Numbered from the stretch's first letter, positions 44,816 to 55,110 are shown. The stretch: DNA of 64,000 nt from an uncultured Flavobacteriaceae bacterium (GCA_964494625.1 CAZBRT010000004.1:10578-74577); one strand, 5' to 3'. Numbers and translations are program-made. Notes: generated by a model not told the origin, from the sequence alone.

Positions 44816-45390
44816 CCAAGGCACAGAAGGAAGATGGTTGCGGATTGATGCGGCTTGTGCCGGTGCGCGATGCAGGCCGGACGGTGAAGCATTTGGCCGT
44901 GGATGCCAGCGAGCAGGAATGCGCGCGCCTGGCCTTGTGGCTCGGCATTCCGTCCATGCAATCATTCAAGGCGGAGATGACGCTGAAGCTCTGGCAGCGC
45001 GATGGCCTGAAGCTCGAAGGAGAGGGCAGGGCTGCTGTTACGCTCTTGTGCGGCGTTACCGCGCAGGGTTTTGGCGAGACGCTCAGCTTTTCATTCGCGC
45101 GCAGCTATGCGCCGCCGCCTGCAGATATACCCCGGAAGGAAATCGATCTCTCAGCCGAGGAGAGCGATGCGGATGCCGAGGAATTGCCGTCCGGCAGCAT
45201 TGATCTGGGAGCGATTCTGGCAGAGGAACTGAGCCTTGCGGTGCCAGCCTGGCCACGCAAACCTGATGCTGTCTTTGCCACAGGCGCTGCTGTCATGGCG
45301 CCTGCAGCCGACGAAACCCCTAAAAAACCAAATCCGTTCAATGCGTTGAAGGATTTGGCGGGCAAGTCCGCAAAGCCCGCAAAATCCTAG
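44812..45390 (+). CDS. yceD: YceD/DUF177 family protein
   Basis: Conserved position directly upstream of rpmF-plsX-fabH. Acidic C-terminal half with IDLGAILAEELSLAVP. Confidence 0.8.
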   Translation: MTKAQKEDGCGLMRLVPVRDAGRTVKHLAVDASEQECARLALWLGIPSMQSFKAEMTLKLWQRDGLKLEGEGRAAVTLLCGVTAQGFGETLSFSFARSYAPPPADIPRKEIDLSAEESDADAEELPSGSIDLGAILAEELSLAVPAWPRKPDAVFATGAAVMAPAADETPKKPNPFNALKDLAGKSAKPAKS

Positions 45391-45534
45391 CCAAGTGCTT
45401 GCATCGAAGGGGCAATTCGGATCATATCCGCGCCTGATTTGACCCCCCTCGCGCTTTGGCGGTCTCCTGCGTGATCCTGCTTGCTTGCAGGGCGCGGCAG
45501 TGAGGCAAGGCGGATAACCGGAGTTGCTGGTGAC

Positions 45535-45717
45535 ATGGCTGTCCCCAAAAGAAAGACCTCACCTTCCAGGCGCAACATGCGTCGTTCGCATGATGCCCTT
45601 TCGGCTGCATCATACGTCGAGTGCAGCAATTGCGGCGAGTTGAAGCGCCCGCACCACGTCTGTGGCCATTGCGGCCATTATGACGGTCGCGAAGTCGCGG
45701 CGCAGCCGAGCAAGTAA
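45535..45717 (+). CDS. rpmF: 50S ribosomal protein L32
   Basis: [19 protein letters not shown]... with a CxxC...CxxC knuckle. 60 aa. Confidence 0.95.
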   Translation: MAVPKRKTSPSRRNMRRSHDALSAASYVECSNCGELKRPHHVCGHCGHYDGREVAAQPSK

Positions 45718-45768
45718 GACCGCTGCTAGCTGTGGCACGCCGCAGCTCATAGAGGACACAAGACGCCC

Positions 45769-46860
45769 ATGGCGGCGGTTGACGGTCTCATCGTTTCCAT
45801 TGATGCCATGGGCGGCGACAACGCCCCCGACGCGATCATCGCGGGCGTCGCCTTGTCGCGCGAACGCCATCCCTATGCGGGCTTTCAGCTCCATGGCGAT
45901 CCGGCGCGCCTTGCGCCTCTGGTCCAGGCCAGGAAAATCCTCGCCGCTGCAAAAGACGTCGAAATCATTCCGGCACGCGAAGTCGTCGGCATGGCCGACA
46001 AGCCATCGGTTGCCTTGCGCCGTGGACGCGAAACGTCGCTGTGGCGTGCCATCGATGCTGTGAAGGAAGGCAAGGCGAAGGCCATCGTCTCCGCAGGCAA
46101 TACCGGCGCCCTGATGGCGATGTCGCTCGTCCAGCTGCGCACCATGGCCGGCATTTCGCGACCCGCCATTGCCGCGATCTGGCCCACCATGCGGGGCCAA
46201 TCCATCGTCCTTGATGTCGGTGCCAATGCAAGTGCCGACGCGCGCCAGCTTGTCGAGTTTGCGGTGATGGGAGAGGCATTTGCGCGCTCCATCTACGGCC
46301 TCGACAATCCTTCGCTTGGCCTTCTCAATGTCGGGACCGAGGAGATCAAGGGCAACGAGCACGTGAAGACGGCAGCCCAGATGCTGCGCGACCTGAAGCT
46401 GCCGATCGATTTCCGCGGCTTTGTCGAGGGCGACGACATTTCAGCCGGCACGGTCGATGTCGTCGTCACTGACGGCTTTACCGGCAACATCGCGCTCAAG
46501 GCTGCCGAAGGCACAGCGAAGCTCGTTGCCAAATATCTGCGTGATGCGATGCGCCGCTCGTTCCTGTCGAAGCTGGGCGGGTTCCTGGCGTCGGGCGCAT
46601 TCAATACGCTGCGCATGAAGATGGACCCGCGTTCGGTCAATGGCGGCGTGCTTCTGGGGCTCAACGGCATCGTGGTGAAAAGCCATGGCAGCGCCGACGC
46701 GCTGAGCTTTGCGACCGCCATCGACCTTGCCATCGATCTTGTGAAGCACGGGCTTACCGAAAAAATCCATCAGGACATCACGCGCGCCGCGCCGGCCATT
46801 GCCGCAGCGGGTGCCGCATCGAGTGCCTCCCCGGGCATCGCGTCGCCGGGCGGGAACTGA
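45769..46860 (+). CDS. plsX: phosphate acyltransferase PlsX
   Basis: [10 protein letters not shown]...[10 protein letters not shown]...[11 protein letters not shown] motifs. Confidence 0.95.
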   Translation: MAAVDGLIVSIDAMGGDNAPDAIIAGVALSRERHPYAGFQLHGDPARLAPLVQARKILAAAKDVEIIPAREVVGMADKPSVALRRGRETSLWRAIDAVKEGKAKAIVSAGNTGALMAMSLVQLRTMAGISRPAIAAIWPTMRGQSIVLDVGANASADARQLVEFAVMGEAFARSIYGLDNPSLGLLNVGTEEIKGNEHVKTAAQMLRDLKLPIDFRGFVEGDDISAGTVDVVVTDGFTGNIALKAAEGTAKLVAKYLRDAMRRSFLSKLGGFLASGAFNTLRMKMDPRSVNGGVLLGLNGIVVKSHGSADALSFATAIDLAIDLVKHGLTEKIHQDITRAAPAIAAAGAASSASPGIASPGGN

Positions 46861-47837
46861 TGGCGGTCATCCGGTCGCGCGTCGCTGGCCACGGCATTGC
46901 CTTGCCGCCGCGAATTGTCACCAATGCCGAACTCGCCCGGACAATCGACACCAGCGATGAATGGATTGCCGGACGCACCGGCATACGCCAACGCCATATC
47001 GCTGATCCGCCGATGCGGACATCCGACCTGGCGTATGAGGCTGCGGTGAAGGCGCTCGCCTCCGCCGGGCTTTCTGCTACTGACATCGACCTCATCGTCC
47101 TTGCAACCACAACCCCCGACGACACCTTTCCCGCGACAGCCACCGTCGTGCAATCACGCCTCGGCATGAAGACGGGGGCCGCCTTTGACGTGCAGGCGGT
47201 CTGTTCGGGCTTCATCTATGCGCTCAGCATCGCCGACAATTTCATCCGCTGCGGGCAGGCGCAACGCGTGCTGGTGATCGGCGCGGAAATGATGTCGCGC
47301 CTGCTCGACTGGAGCGACCGGGGCACTTGCGTCCTCTTCGGTGATGGTGCCGGTGCCTTTGTGCTGGACGCTGCCATCGGCCACGGCACCAACGACGACA
47401 CGGGGATCCTCTCGACCCACATCTACTCGGACGGCACGCATCGCGAGTTGCTTTATGTCGATGGCGGTCCGGGATCGACGGGGACGACAGGCAAATTGCG
47501 CATGCAGGGCAAAGAAGTCTTCCGCCATGCGGTCGTGAATATTTCTGATGCCATCAGCGCAGCGCTTGCTGCCGTGCGCATGAAGCCGGAAGACATTGAC
47601 TGGTTCGTGCCCCATCAGGCGAACCAACGCATCCTCGACGGGACCGCCAAGCGCCTGGGCGTGCCGCCTGGCAAGCTCATCTCGACCATTGCCCAGCACG
47701 GCAACACGTCGGCGGCCTCGGTGCCTCTGGCGTTCGGGACAGCGGTCGTGGACGGGCGTATCCAGCGCGGGCAGCTCTTGATGCTGGAAGCCATGGGCGG
47801 CGGTTTTACGTGGGGATCCGCGCTTTTGCGCTATTGA
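46860..47837 (+). CDS. fabH: 3-oxoacyl-[ACP] synthase III
   Basis: DTSDEWI..RTGI..R, active-site [11 protein letters not shown] and PHQAN.RI motifs. Confidence 0.96.
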   Translation: MAVIRSRVAGHGIALPPRIVTNAELARTIDTSDEWIAGRTGIRQRHIADPPMRTSDLAYEAAVKALASAGLSATDIDLIVLATTTPDDTFPATATVVQSRLGMKTGAAFDVQAVCSGFIYALSIADNFIRCGQAQRVLVIGAEMMSRLLDWSDRGTCVLFGDGAGAFVLDAAIGHGTNDDTGILSTHIYSDGTHRELLYVDGGPGSTGTTGKLRMQGKEVFRHAVVNISDAISAALAAVRMKPEDIDWFVPHQANQRILDGTAKRLGVPPGKLISTIAQHGNTSAASVPLAFGTAVVDGRIQRGQLLMLEAMGGGFTWGSALLRY

Positions 47838-47953
47838 GCGCGCCTGCGCGGGCTGAGGCGGGGCCGAGCAGATTCAGATCGCCCTCTATCGTATTGATAT
47901 TGACGGTAAATCCTTATGGGCCTAGCCTTTGCGAGTCGCGAGGGAGAGACCCC

Positions 47954-48292
47954 ATGGCTGAAAAGACGCTGACCCGGGCTGATTTGAGTGAGGCCGTTTA
48001 CCATGAGGTAGGCCTCTCCCGGAACGATTCCGCCGCCCTGGTCGAGGAAGTGCTGGAGGAAATCTCCAAAGCACTCATCGCCGATCAATCGGTCAAGCTC
48101 TCGTCGTTTGGCACGTTCATGGTTCGCCAGAAGGGCGGACGTGTGGGACGCAACCCCAAGACCGGACAGGAAGTGCCCATCCAGCCCCGCCGGGTTCTGG
48201 TGTTCCGCGCATCGCATGTGCTGAAGGACCAGATCAATGGGCGCGTACCGCCGCCTGCTGGCGCAACACCAAAGCCCGCTCCGCAAAGCTGA
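47954..48292 (+). CDS. ihfA: integration host factor subunit alpha
   Basis: [33 protein letters not shown]...GFGTF-like...[12 protein letters not shown]. The ORF was trimmed to the ATG at 47954. Confidence 0.93.
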   Translation: MAEKTLTRADLSEAVYHEVGLSRNDSAALVEEVLEEISKALIADQSVKLSSFGTFMVRQKGGRVGRNPKTGQEVPIQPRRVLVFRASHVLKDQINGRVPPPAGATPKPAPQS

Positions 48293-48304
48293 CCTTGACC
48301 GGAA

Positions 48305-48916
48305 GTGCAGCCAACCCCCATGGCCATGACAGAACCTGACTACGATGATCTGCCCGAGCCCCAAGCGGGCGCAAGCACGCGTGGCCAGAAATCGCCCGAA
48401 GCCTTCCGGACGATCAGCGAAGTGTCCGCCGATCTTGATGTGCCGCAGCATGTGCTGCGCTTCTGGGAGACGAAGTTCAGCCAGATACGTCCGCTGAAGC
48501 GGGCCGGTGGCCGACGCTACTATCGCCCGGATGACCTCGACCTTTTGCGCGGCATCCGCCATCTCCTTTACAGCGACGGCTATACGATCAAGGGCGTGCA
48601 GAAATTGCTGCGTGAGCAGGGCCTGCGCAGCGTGATCGAAACAGGCCGGTCTTCGGTGAAGGCGACCAATGCGCCGGGCCGCGCGCGCGCGCAAAGCCGC
48701 ACGCGCTCCCCCGTTGCAGCTGCCCCTGCGGCGGCGCGCCCGCCGGAGATGCAGGGCGAGGCGGACCTTGCAGCCGGGGAGTTGAATTCGATCCTGGTGA
48801 CCGGGCCCCTAGATTATACCCAGCGCGAGGCGATGCAAAGCACGCTGGGGGCCTTGATCGACCTGCGCACATGGTTCGACAGCCAGCGCAGCCGTTTGGG
48901 CCGCCGCGCGGCCTAG
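48305..48916 (+). CDS. MerR-family transcriptional regulator
   Basis: [55 protein letters not shown] is a MerR HTH. It is the conserved partner downstream of ihfA. The start is uncertain (48305/48320/48326). Confidence 0.85.
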   Translation: MQPTPMAMTEPDYDDLPEPQAGASTRGQKSPEAFRTISEVSADLDVPQHVLRFWETKFSQIRPLKRAGGRRYYRPDDLDLLRGIRHLLYSDGYTIKGVQKLLREQGLRSVIETGRSSVKATNAPGRARAQSRTRSPVAAAPAAARPPEMQGEADLAAGELNSILVTGPLDYTQREAMQSTLGALIDLRTWFDSQRSRLGRRAA

Positions 48917-48966
48917 AATTTTCCCGATATTCTACCGGTTTGCGCCACGTGTGGGCCAATTGCGCG

Positions 48967-48995
48967 TTGCGTGCAAATGGCCAACTGCCTATAGT
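48967..48995 (+). promoter_or_regulatory. sigma70-like promoter candidate for tRNA-Pro
   Basis: TTGCGT-N17-TATAGT, about 75 nt upstream of the mature tRNA 5' end. Confidence 0.35.
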
Positions 48996-49071
48996 CCGCG
49001 GCCTTGCGGAGGCCGGTTGCCCGCTTTCCCCCTGATCGCGGGCATAAGCAACCAGCCATCACCGCCACGGT

Positions 49072-49148
49072 CGGAGCGTAGCGCAGCCTGGTAGCGCATC
49101 AGTCTGGGGGACTGGGGGTCGTGGGTTCAAATCCCGCCGCTCCGACCA
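49072..49148 (+). tRNA. tRNA-Pro (anticodon GGG)
   Basis: Hand-folded 77-nt cloverleaf. The acceptor stem pairs CGGAGCG with CGCTCCG. The D arm is GCGC-AGCCTGGTA-GCGC. The anticodon arm is TCAGT-CTGGGGG-ACTGG, with G37. The T arm is GTGGG-TTCAAAT-CCCGC. CCA is encoded. Confidence 0.93.
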
Positions 49149-49260
49149 ATGATTTCAAATAGTTAGCGTTTGAGAGCGAGCCATCATTTTTTAGGCGGCA
49201 ACCAGCGGGCAACCAAACGACGGCATATGCCCGCACCGGCCGGGTCGCGAATGGCGGGCC

Positions 49261-50262
49261 ATGCGCGCGGAGAAAAAAATGACCAAACCGAAACGAAGAC
49301 CGAGCGCAAAGGGAAAACGGCATGGCCGGGTCCCGCTGCCAATTGTTGCAAGCGGCGCGACATGGGGCGGCGGCAGCTTCAAGCCGGAGCACATCGATGC
49401 AGCGTTTCAGATTGCGCTTTCATCGGGCCAGTCGGCGTCGGGCTCCGTTCCGGAATGTACGAGTGACGATGCGGCCCACGTGAATAATGCCTTTCTGTTT
49501 CACGCGGCGCTGCTTGACGCCCAGTTTCAAGATGCCAACAGGCGGAACCTGCTCTGGCTCAAAGCCGTCGAGAAATGTGCAGCAAATCTATGCGAGCTGC
49601 TCGACAGCAAACCCGGCGCGCGGACGCACGTCACCCACGAACAAAAGCGAATTTTCCTTTCATTGCTGATGCAGATGGCCCCCGACCTGCCCGAGGCAGC
49701 CGAGACGTATTTGCTGAATAAAGTGGATCCTCGGAACAGCACTGGCTTGTATGCGGCGCTGTTGGCCGATGTCGGAGCCATTGGGAAAGTGCGCAAACTG
49801 AACATCTTCGACGCGATGGCGCGTGCGCACTACGCGATCCAGTTCGTGCTCGCTTCGGCGAAGGCCGTTCGTCAAGCCGTGAAGCCGAAACGCGGCCGCC
49901 CGCAGTCTGTTGCAGACAATTTTCTCCTGAAGCGTCTGATCGAGGTCTTCGAGCAGAAGACCGGGCAAGTGGTCACACGAAGTGTGGCGTCAGAGCCGGG
50001 CAATCAAGTGGAGCGGGGGCCGTTCATCTTCTTCGTTCGTGCGCTGGTCGACATGTTCATCGAGCCGCGCGGCAATGTAACGGCAGGTGAAACACACGCG
50101 GGCCAAGAGACGAATCCGCCGGGAATAATCGCCTGCCCCGAAATTGACGGGCTCGAGCCGGAAGTCTGGCTCCGGCACATCCGAGAATTGGCAAGGCATG
50201 GCAATGCACTCGGGGCGCTTGTCCGGCGGATCAAGTCAGCGAAGGCCAAAGCGCGAAGCTGA
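49261..50262 (+). CDS. hypothetical protein
   Basis: 333-aa ORF with a basic N-terminus (KPKRRPSAKGKRHGR). No recombinase motifs and no family recognised. Confidence 0.5.
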   Translation: MRAEKKMTKPKRRPSAKGKRHGRVPLPIVASGATWGGGSFKPEHIDAAFQIALSSGQSASGSVPECTSDDAAHVNNAFLFHAALLDAQFQDANRRNLLWLKAVEKCAANLCELLDSKPGARTHVTHEQKRIFLSLLMQMAPDLPEAAETYLLNKVDPRNSTGLYAALLADVGAIGKVRKLNIFDAMARAHYAIQFVLASAKAVRQAVKPKRGRPQSVADNFLLKRLIEVFEQKTGQVVTRSVASEPGNQVERGPFIFFVRALVDMFIEPRGNVTAGETHAGQETNPPGIIACPEIDGLEPEVWLRHIRELARHGNALGALVRRIKSAKAKARS

Positions 50263-50389
50263 CAGCCGATCCGGTGAGTGTCGGCGCACAACTTAATTCT
50301 CAAGTTTCGCGCGCTTTTTCACCATTAGCGCTCAGCCGGTGCCTCCTGCTCATTCCCCGCAAGCGCGATGCCGCGCTGAAAGGGGATTG

Positions 50390-50593
50390 ATGATGTCAAA
50401 CAACTACCGCTTGCTCACGACAGCCGAGGCAGCGCGCATGCTGCAGATTTCACCGAGCGCTCTTAACAAATGGAGGCTGACCGGCGGCGGTCCGCACTAC
50501 GTTAAAGTCGGGCGCTCCGTTCGCTATTCTGACGGCGAGATTGCGGCCTATATCGAGCGACAAGTCCGCGTCTCGACGAGCGGGGGATCGTGA
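50390..50593 (+). CDS. AlpA/excisionase-type helix-turn-helix DNA-binding protein
   Basis: LLTTAEAARMLQISPSALNKWRLTGGGPHYVKVGRSVRYSDGEIAAYI is an HTH_17/AlpA-like pattern. GGGGA Shine-Dalgarno lies 5 nt before the ATGATG. Confidence 0.8.
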   Translation: MMSNNYRLLTTAEAARMLQISPSALNKWRLTGGGPHYVKVGRSVRYSDGEIAAYIERQVRVSTSGGS

Positions 50594-51270
50594 TGCCCCA
50601 GATACATGAAAACCCCGGCGCGGCGGCAACCGCGCTCGAGGCTGATCACGAAGCAAAGCACGCCGATTTTGCCGCTTGCCGCGCCCAAAATCAAGCGACC
50701 CTCTTGGCAACTTTCGGCATCGGCGTAACTGATCCTTATGCGTCTCAAAAGATTGCGGCGCTGAAGCGGCGCGGCATTTTTGCGCGGCATGGCGTTACCG
50801 CCATTCCGGTAATCTGTGGCCGCGACCCGTTGGGCGCGGCAATTGAAGTGCCATCGTGCCCGGCGTCACTTGATGACGTTCTTGGCCACCTGCGTTTCAA
50901 TCCCGCCGCACCTGAGCCATGCGACCTGACGCCCGACCACATCGATGCCGACTTCATCGGCAGGCTTGAGCCTGATAATCCCAGCACGCTGGTTCTGGCG
51001 GTAACCGTTCGCGATTGGCTTGCATTTTGGCGCTTCGCACCTAGCGGACATCCCGACGGTCGGGTGGACGCATGGCCCGGCGCAAATTTTATTTGCAGAC
51101 ACGATGATCGCACCTTGCGCCGCATTGCGTGGCGTCTAGCTGGCTCTCGCATCCGCGTCGCGGTCATCGGCAATGGCGGGCGGCAAAGGAAGGTCGCGGA
51201 AAAACTCGCCCGAATGGTTGTGCCGCCAGTACCCTCGATAATTCGCCTCGCGCGCGAGGTGGAGCCATGA
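50590..51270 (+). CDS. hypothetical protein
   Basis: 226 aa, translationally coupled on both sides (GTGATG at the start, ATGA at the end). No family recognised. Confidence 0.55.
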   Translation: MMPQIHENPGAAATALEADHEAKHADFAACRAQNQATLLATFGIGVTDPYASQKIAALKRRGIFARHGVTAIPVICGRDPLGAAIEVPSCPASLDDVLGHLRFNPAAPEPCDLTPDHIDADFIGRLEPDNPSTLVLAVTVRDWLAFWRFAPSGHPDGRVDAWPGANFICRHDDRTLRRIAWRLAGSRIRVAVIGNGGRQRKVAEKLARMVVPPVPSIIRLAREVEP

Positions 51271-52919
51271 TCCGGCCCGCAATCATTCCCGGTTCTGTCT
51301 TCGGGGCACCTGAGCACATTCCATCGGTACCAATCGTGGGCGGCAACCACGAAGGTGGTAATGGTCAGAAACATCCGCATACAAAAGCAGTTGATGCACT
51401 TGAAAACATTAACCGCGAAGAAACCGAGGTGGTCGATGCGCGGCGTGACCATGACGGGCACTCTCAGGCGCAAATCCTTTTGCGGATCGCGCAGACGGCA
51501 AAGCTGTTTCACGATCCTGCAGGAACGCCATACGCCGACGTCACTTTGAAAGGTCATCGCGAGACGCTGGCTGTGCGGGGCAAGAATTTCAAGATGTGGC
51601 TGACGCGCGAATTTTTCAGCGTATCGGGTGCCGCACCAAACTCAGATGCCCTCGCAAAGGCAATTTCATGGGCTGAGGCCAGCGCGTTAATCGATGGCGA
51701 TGAGCGACCGGTCTTCATCCGCATCGGCCATCACGACGGCAAGACTTATCTCGATCTTGCCGATGACGTGTGGCGCGCTGTTGAGATCACGGCTAATGGC
51801 TGGCGCGTTGTGAGTAATCCGCCTGTCAGGTTCCGCCGCACGCCCGGCATGAGGCCGTTACCGGCGCCACAACACGGCGGCAGCATCGATGCGCTGCGTC
51901 CGCTTGTGAACGTCAAGCGCGAAGAAGACTATACTTTGCTAGTCGCGTGGCTGATCGGCGCACTGGCACCCGCCGGACCTTACCCGCTGCTGGCCATCAA
52001 TGGCGAGCAGGGTAGCGGAAAGACCCGCCTTGTCACGCTTCTGCGTAACCTGATCGACCCGAACGCGGCACCAACACGCGCAATGCCGCGCGATGACCGC
52101 AACGCCTTCATAAGTGCCTCGAACTCATTTCTGCAGGTTTTCGATAACTTGTCAGCGGTGACGGCAGACCTTAGCGATACGTTGTGCCGTATCGCGACTG
52201 GCGGCGGCTTTGCAACGCGGGCGCTTTATACGGATGGCGACGAGGTGCTGATCGACGTCGCGCGGCCGATATTGTTGAACGGTATCGGTGAGGTTGTTGG
52301 TCGGCCCGATCTGATGGATCGCGCCATCAACGTGGCGCTTGCACAAATCGAGGAGGGCAAGCGGCGCACCGAATCTGAATTGAAGGCGGACTTTGAACGC
52401 AGCCACCCGCTCATTCTGGGCGCGCTGCTCGATGCCGTTGTCGTCGGCCTGCGCCGTCTTCCAGAAGTGCATCTGACAAAGGCGCCGCGGATGGCAGACT
52501 TTGCCCGCTGGGTTTCGGCATGTGAGCCGGGGCTTTGGGAGGGCGAGAAATTCCTCGCCGCCTACAACGGGAACAGGGCAACAGCGGTCAGCGATCTGCT
52601 TGATGCCGACATTGTGGCTGCTGCCATCCGGCGCTTCATGCGTGCCCGTGACGAATGGTGTGGGACGGCGTCCCTGCTGTTGAGTGCGCTCAACTCGCAG
52701 GAGAGGGACAAGGGCAGCCGGGCGCGGGGCTGGCCAGAACTCCCGAAGACACTTTCGGATCGCCTCCGGCGTTTGGCTACAGCAATGAGGGCAAACGGGA
52801 TCGACGTTGCCTTTAGCCGCGAGGGGCACTCTCGCCAACGCCTTGTCCACTTGCGCCGCGCATCTGCGTCCGCTCCGCCCGCTCCGTCCGCAGAGGGTCG
52901 GGAGGGGCACAATGCTTGA
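51267..52919 (+). CDS. P-loop NTPase, MGE replication helicase-like (SF3 / primase-associated type)
   Basis: Walker A AINGEQGSGKT and Walker-B-like FLQVFDNLS, about 300 aa downstream of an N-terminal unknown domain. The arrangement after an AlpA-like gene resembles P4/PICI-type replication modules. Confidence 0.65.
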   Translation: MIRPAIIPGSVFGAPEHIPSVPIVGGNHEGGNGQKHPHTKAVDALENINREETEVVDARRDHDGHSQAQILLRIAQTAKLFHDPAGTPYADVTLKGHRETLAVRGKNFKMWLTREFFSVSGAAPNSDALAKAISWAEASALIDGDERPVFIRIGHHDGKTYLDLADDVWRAVEITANGWRVVSNPPVRFRRTPGMRPLPAPQHGGSIDALRPLVNVKREEDYTLLVAWLIGALAPAGPYPLLAINGEQGSGKTRLVTLLRNLIDPNAAPTRAMPRDDRNAFISASNSFLQVFDNLSAVTADLSDTLCRIATGGGFATRALYTDGDEVLIDVARPILLNGIGEVVGRPDLMDRAINVALAQIEEGKRRTESELKADFERSHPLILGALLDAVVVGLRRLPEVHLTKAPRMADFARWVSACEPGLWEGEKFLAAYNGNRATAVSDLLDADIVAAAIRRFMRARDEWCGTASLLLSALNSQERDKGSRARGWPELPKTLSDRLRRLATAMRANGIDVAFSREGHSRQRLVHLRRASASAPPAPSAEGREGHNA

Positions 52920-53888
52920 TGAATGTCCAGCACAAGCGGACGCAGAGGACGCATGCGCACAGATCTTCACGTGACGCCCGCCATTGGCCCAGCCGACCGG
53001 ATTGCGGCGGCGTTCATGGCCGCCGCCCATGTGCTGGCATGGGCGGCTCATTTCACCTCAGCATCCCTTAACCGCCTTGCCGCCCTGATCACCCGTGCGG
53101 CGCTTCGACCCTGAAAGGAAGCCGTTAAAAGTCAGGCTTGAAACAAGCCCTTCACACCGGCGACCGGCGTCCGTGCCGCGCGCGCGCTCACCCAATGCCT
53201 CTCGTCTACGCGTCAAACGACCAAGAGCCGGGATCGCGGGAATCTGCCGCGTCTGGCTCTCAAGTAAGCGCCCAGTTTCAATTCTTTCAACGCAACTTGC
53301 TGAGACTGTGTCCCGGTGGGATCATGTTGGGCATAGACAAGTTCTCAGCGGATTGCCAAGCACGGAAGCGCTGCACCTCCCGCACGGCGACGCGCAAGCT
53401 TAGCACAGTTTCAGCGGGATTGATGCGTCCAAGGGGCAGGGGGCTATTTCGTTTCTCGATCCCGCCTAGGCGCGACACCAAAATGATCTGTCATTGCGAT
53501 CAGCTTACTTCTGGAGAAGCAAGAGTTCTTCCGCGCTCGTTGGAGTGCCCGCAAAGACAGCGCGGGCGGCAGTGATTGTCATGATCGCTGCCACCCGCAC
53601 CCTTCGCGCTTTAGTGGCCTTCATTGAAGGCCTCAGGCTCGCTTCTCAGCAATGCTCACTTCTGTTTCTTGGCTGATGTCAGGGTTCTGCCATGTGATGA
53701 TGCAAACGTCTACTCATGTCCGCGCCAATCGGTCGAAAGATCGGCGCGGAAGGTGGCAACAAACGCGACCAGCGTTCCTTTCGTTTCCCTACCATCTCCA
53801 GACGTCGCTCAGGATGCACGGATCAAAAATTTAGTGCCGCGGACTTGGGCTACGGCAACGCGCCGCAAGAGACCGAGATATGGCCGGT

Positions 53889-54311
53889 TCAGGCCAACTT
53901 GACCAATTTCGCCCTCTGCCCAGCCCGTATCCAGACGATTGCATTCTGGCCAAACTGCCGCCCGAGCTGACGCGCCATGGTGAGGTCGACACCGCAAACT
54001 AACAGGCTTTCTTCTACCGGCCACTCTCCATCGTCACCTTTGCCATAGCCAGCCACTGTCATAAGCCGCAGGCGCTTCGTAGTGGACAGAAGCCTTTTGT
54101 GGGCCGCACGATTGTGAACCTTGCTCCGCGCAGCGCTTGCCGGGTTCCAAGCGGTCACAAAGGCCGCAGAGTGCACTTGAAGCCTGCCTAGAAGCCGGTC
54201 GACTTCAGCTGATCGTTTGCCGACGCGGGCAATGATGTCACGCGGCTTCTGGCGGATCACATAAGCGGTCGCCCGATAAGCTGCCTCAAGTCTGGTCGCA
54301 CGTGCAAACAT
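53889..54311 (-). CDS. DUF3293-like protein
   Basis: FVTAWNPAS...GYGKGDDGEWPVEESLLVCGVDLTMARQLGRQFGQNAIVWI fits the DUF3293 pattern as I remember it. Start set to MFARATR at 54311. Confidence 0.65.
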   Translation of the reverse strand: MFARATRLEAAYRATAYVIRQKPRDIIARVGKRSAEVDRLLGRLQVHSAAFVTAWNPASAARSKVHNRAAHKRLLSTTKRLRLMTVAGYGKGDDGEWPVEESLLVCGVDLTMARQLGRQFGQNAIVWIRAGQRAKLVKLA

Positions 54312-54450
54312 GGGCAAACCCCTCACGTTCAGCCCACACGCTTCGCCATCAAGCATGTCGTGGACCTACTTCGCTTCACGATCACACTCTGACATCCGTT
54401 GCTGGCGCTGGCGGCGCCGTAGCAAGCGTATCAACCGGCTTGAAGATCGC
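54283..54450. repeat. direct repeat copy A (168 bp)
   Basis: Near-identical to 55182-55350. The last 64 bp are identical, and the middle 25 bp or so diverge. Covers the 3' end of the clamp-like gene, the intergenic spacer and the DUF3293 start. Confidence 0.95.
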
Positions 54451-55110
54451 CGTGACAGGCTTGGCGCTCATCGGCATGAAAACGCCATACCAACCCGGCG
54501 CTACCGACGCGGTGACAAGCGACGGTGCCTGCTGGTGATTTGGTCCGCCCTCGTTCCTGCCAAACGTGATGGCAATGTGGTGCCCGCCGCTCGCCTTTTG
54601 CAGGCGGATCAGCAGGGCGGGGTTGAGGCCGATTGACGGCGGGGTGCCGGGCTCGCTGACATCCGGCAGCACGCGCGCCCAATCAGGGAACGTGCCGTCA
54701 ATCTCGGCAGGCGTCTCGATGACGGAGAGCACGGCCCCATCGCTCGCGGTGAGCGAGATGCGCATCGGGCGGGAGCGACCATCGGCAGTGGCAGGCGTCG
54801 TATATTCCAGCCTGACGAGGGCCGTCACGGGGGAGTAGCGGCCACCCTTGCAGGCGGCCTTCAGCATCGCCGCGATCTGCTTGATAGCGTCGGTCGAGAT
54901 GATGATCTCGCGCTCGCTGGTGATCAGGTCGCCGTCGGTTTCTTCGGTCAGGCGGTGGACTGACATGATGTGGCCATCGGTGGCCGCAAGCCAGATGTCG
55001 CCGTCTCCGTCGGGCGCGCTGATGCAGACGCCGTTCAGGTAGTATTGGGTCTTTTCATTGCTGGCGGCGTGGGCGGTCTCAATCAGTTTCTTTGCAGGCA
55101 CGATCCACAT
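54382..55110 (-). CDS. DNA polymerase III beta (sliding clamp)-like protein, two-domain length
   Basis: QYYLNGVCIS...WLAATDGHIMSVHRL and IDGTFPDWARVLP resemble the DnaN YLxGV...ATDGHRL and FPDYxxVIP motifs. It is only 242 aa, versus about 370 for DnaN. Confidence 0.6.
   Translation of the reverse strand: MWIVPAKKLIETAHAASNEKTQYYLNGVCISAPDGDGDIWLAATDGHIMSVHRLTEETDGDLITSEREIIISTDAIKQIAAMLKAACKGGRYSPVTALVRLEYTTPATADGRSRPMRISLTASDGAVLSVIETPAEIDGTFPDWARVLPDVSEPGTPPSIGLNPALLIRLQKASGGHHIAITFGRNEGGPNHQQAPSLVTASVAPGWYGVFMPMSAKPVTAIFKPVDTLATAPPAPATDVRV

Noticed and set aside
49261-50262. The first island gene as the missing integrase.
   Set aside because: There is no R...HxxR...Y tyrosine-recombinase pattern or serine-recombinase N-terminal motif. 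The sequence gives no family match by eye.
53455-53470. ATCCCGCC match to the T-arm/3' end of tRNA-Pro, as a possible attR or att remnant.
   Set aside because: Only 8 contiguous nucleotides match, with weak flanking similarity. A match of that length is expected by chance once or twice in 64 kb on two strands.
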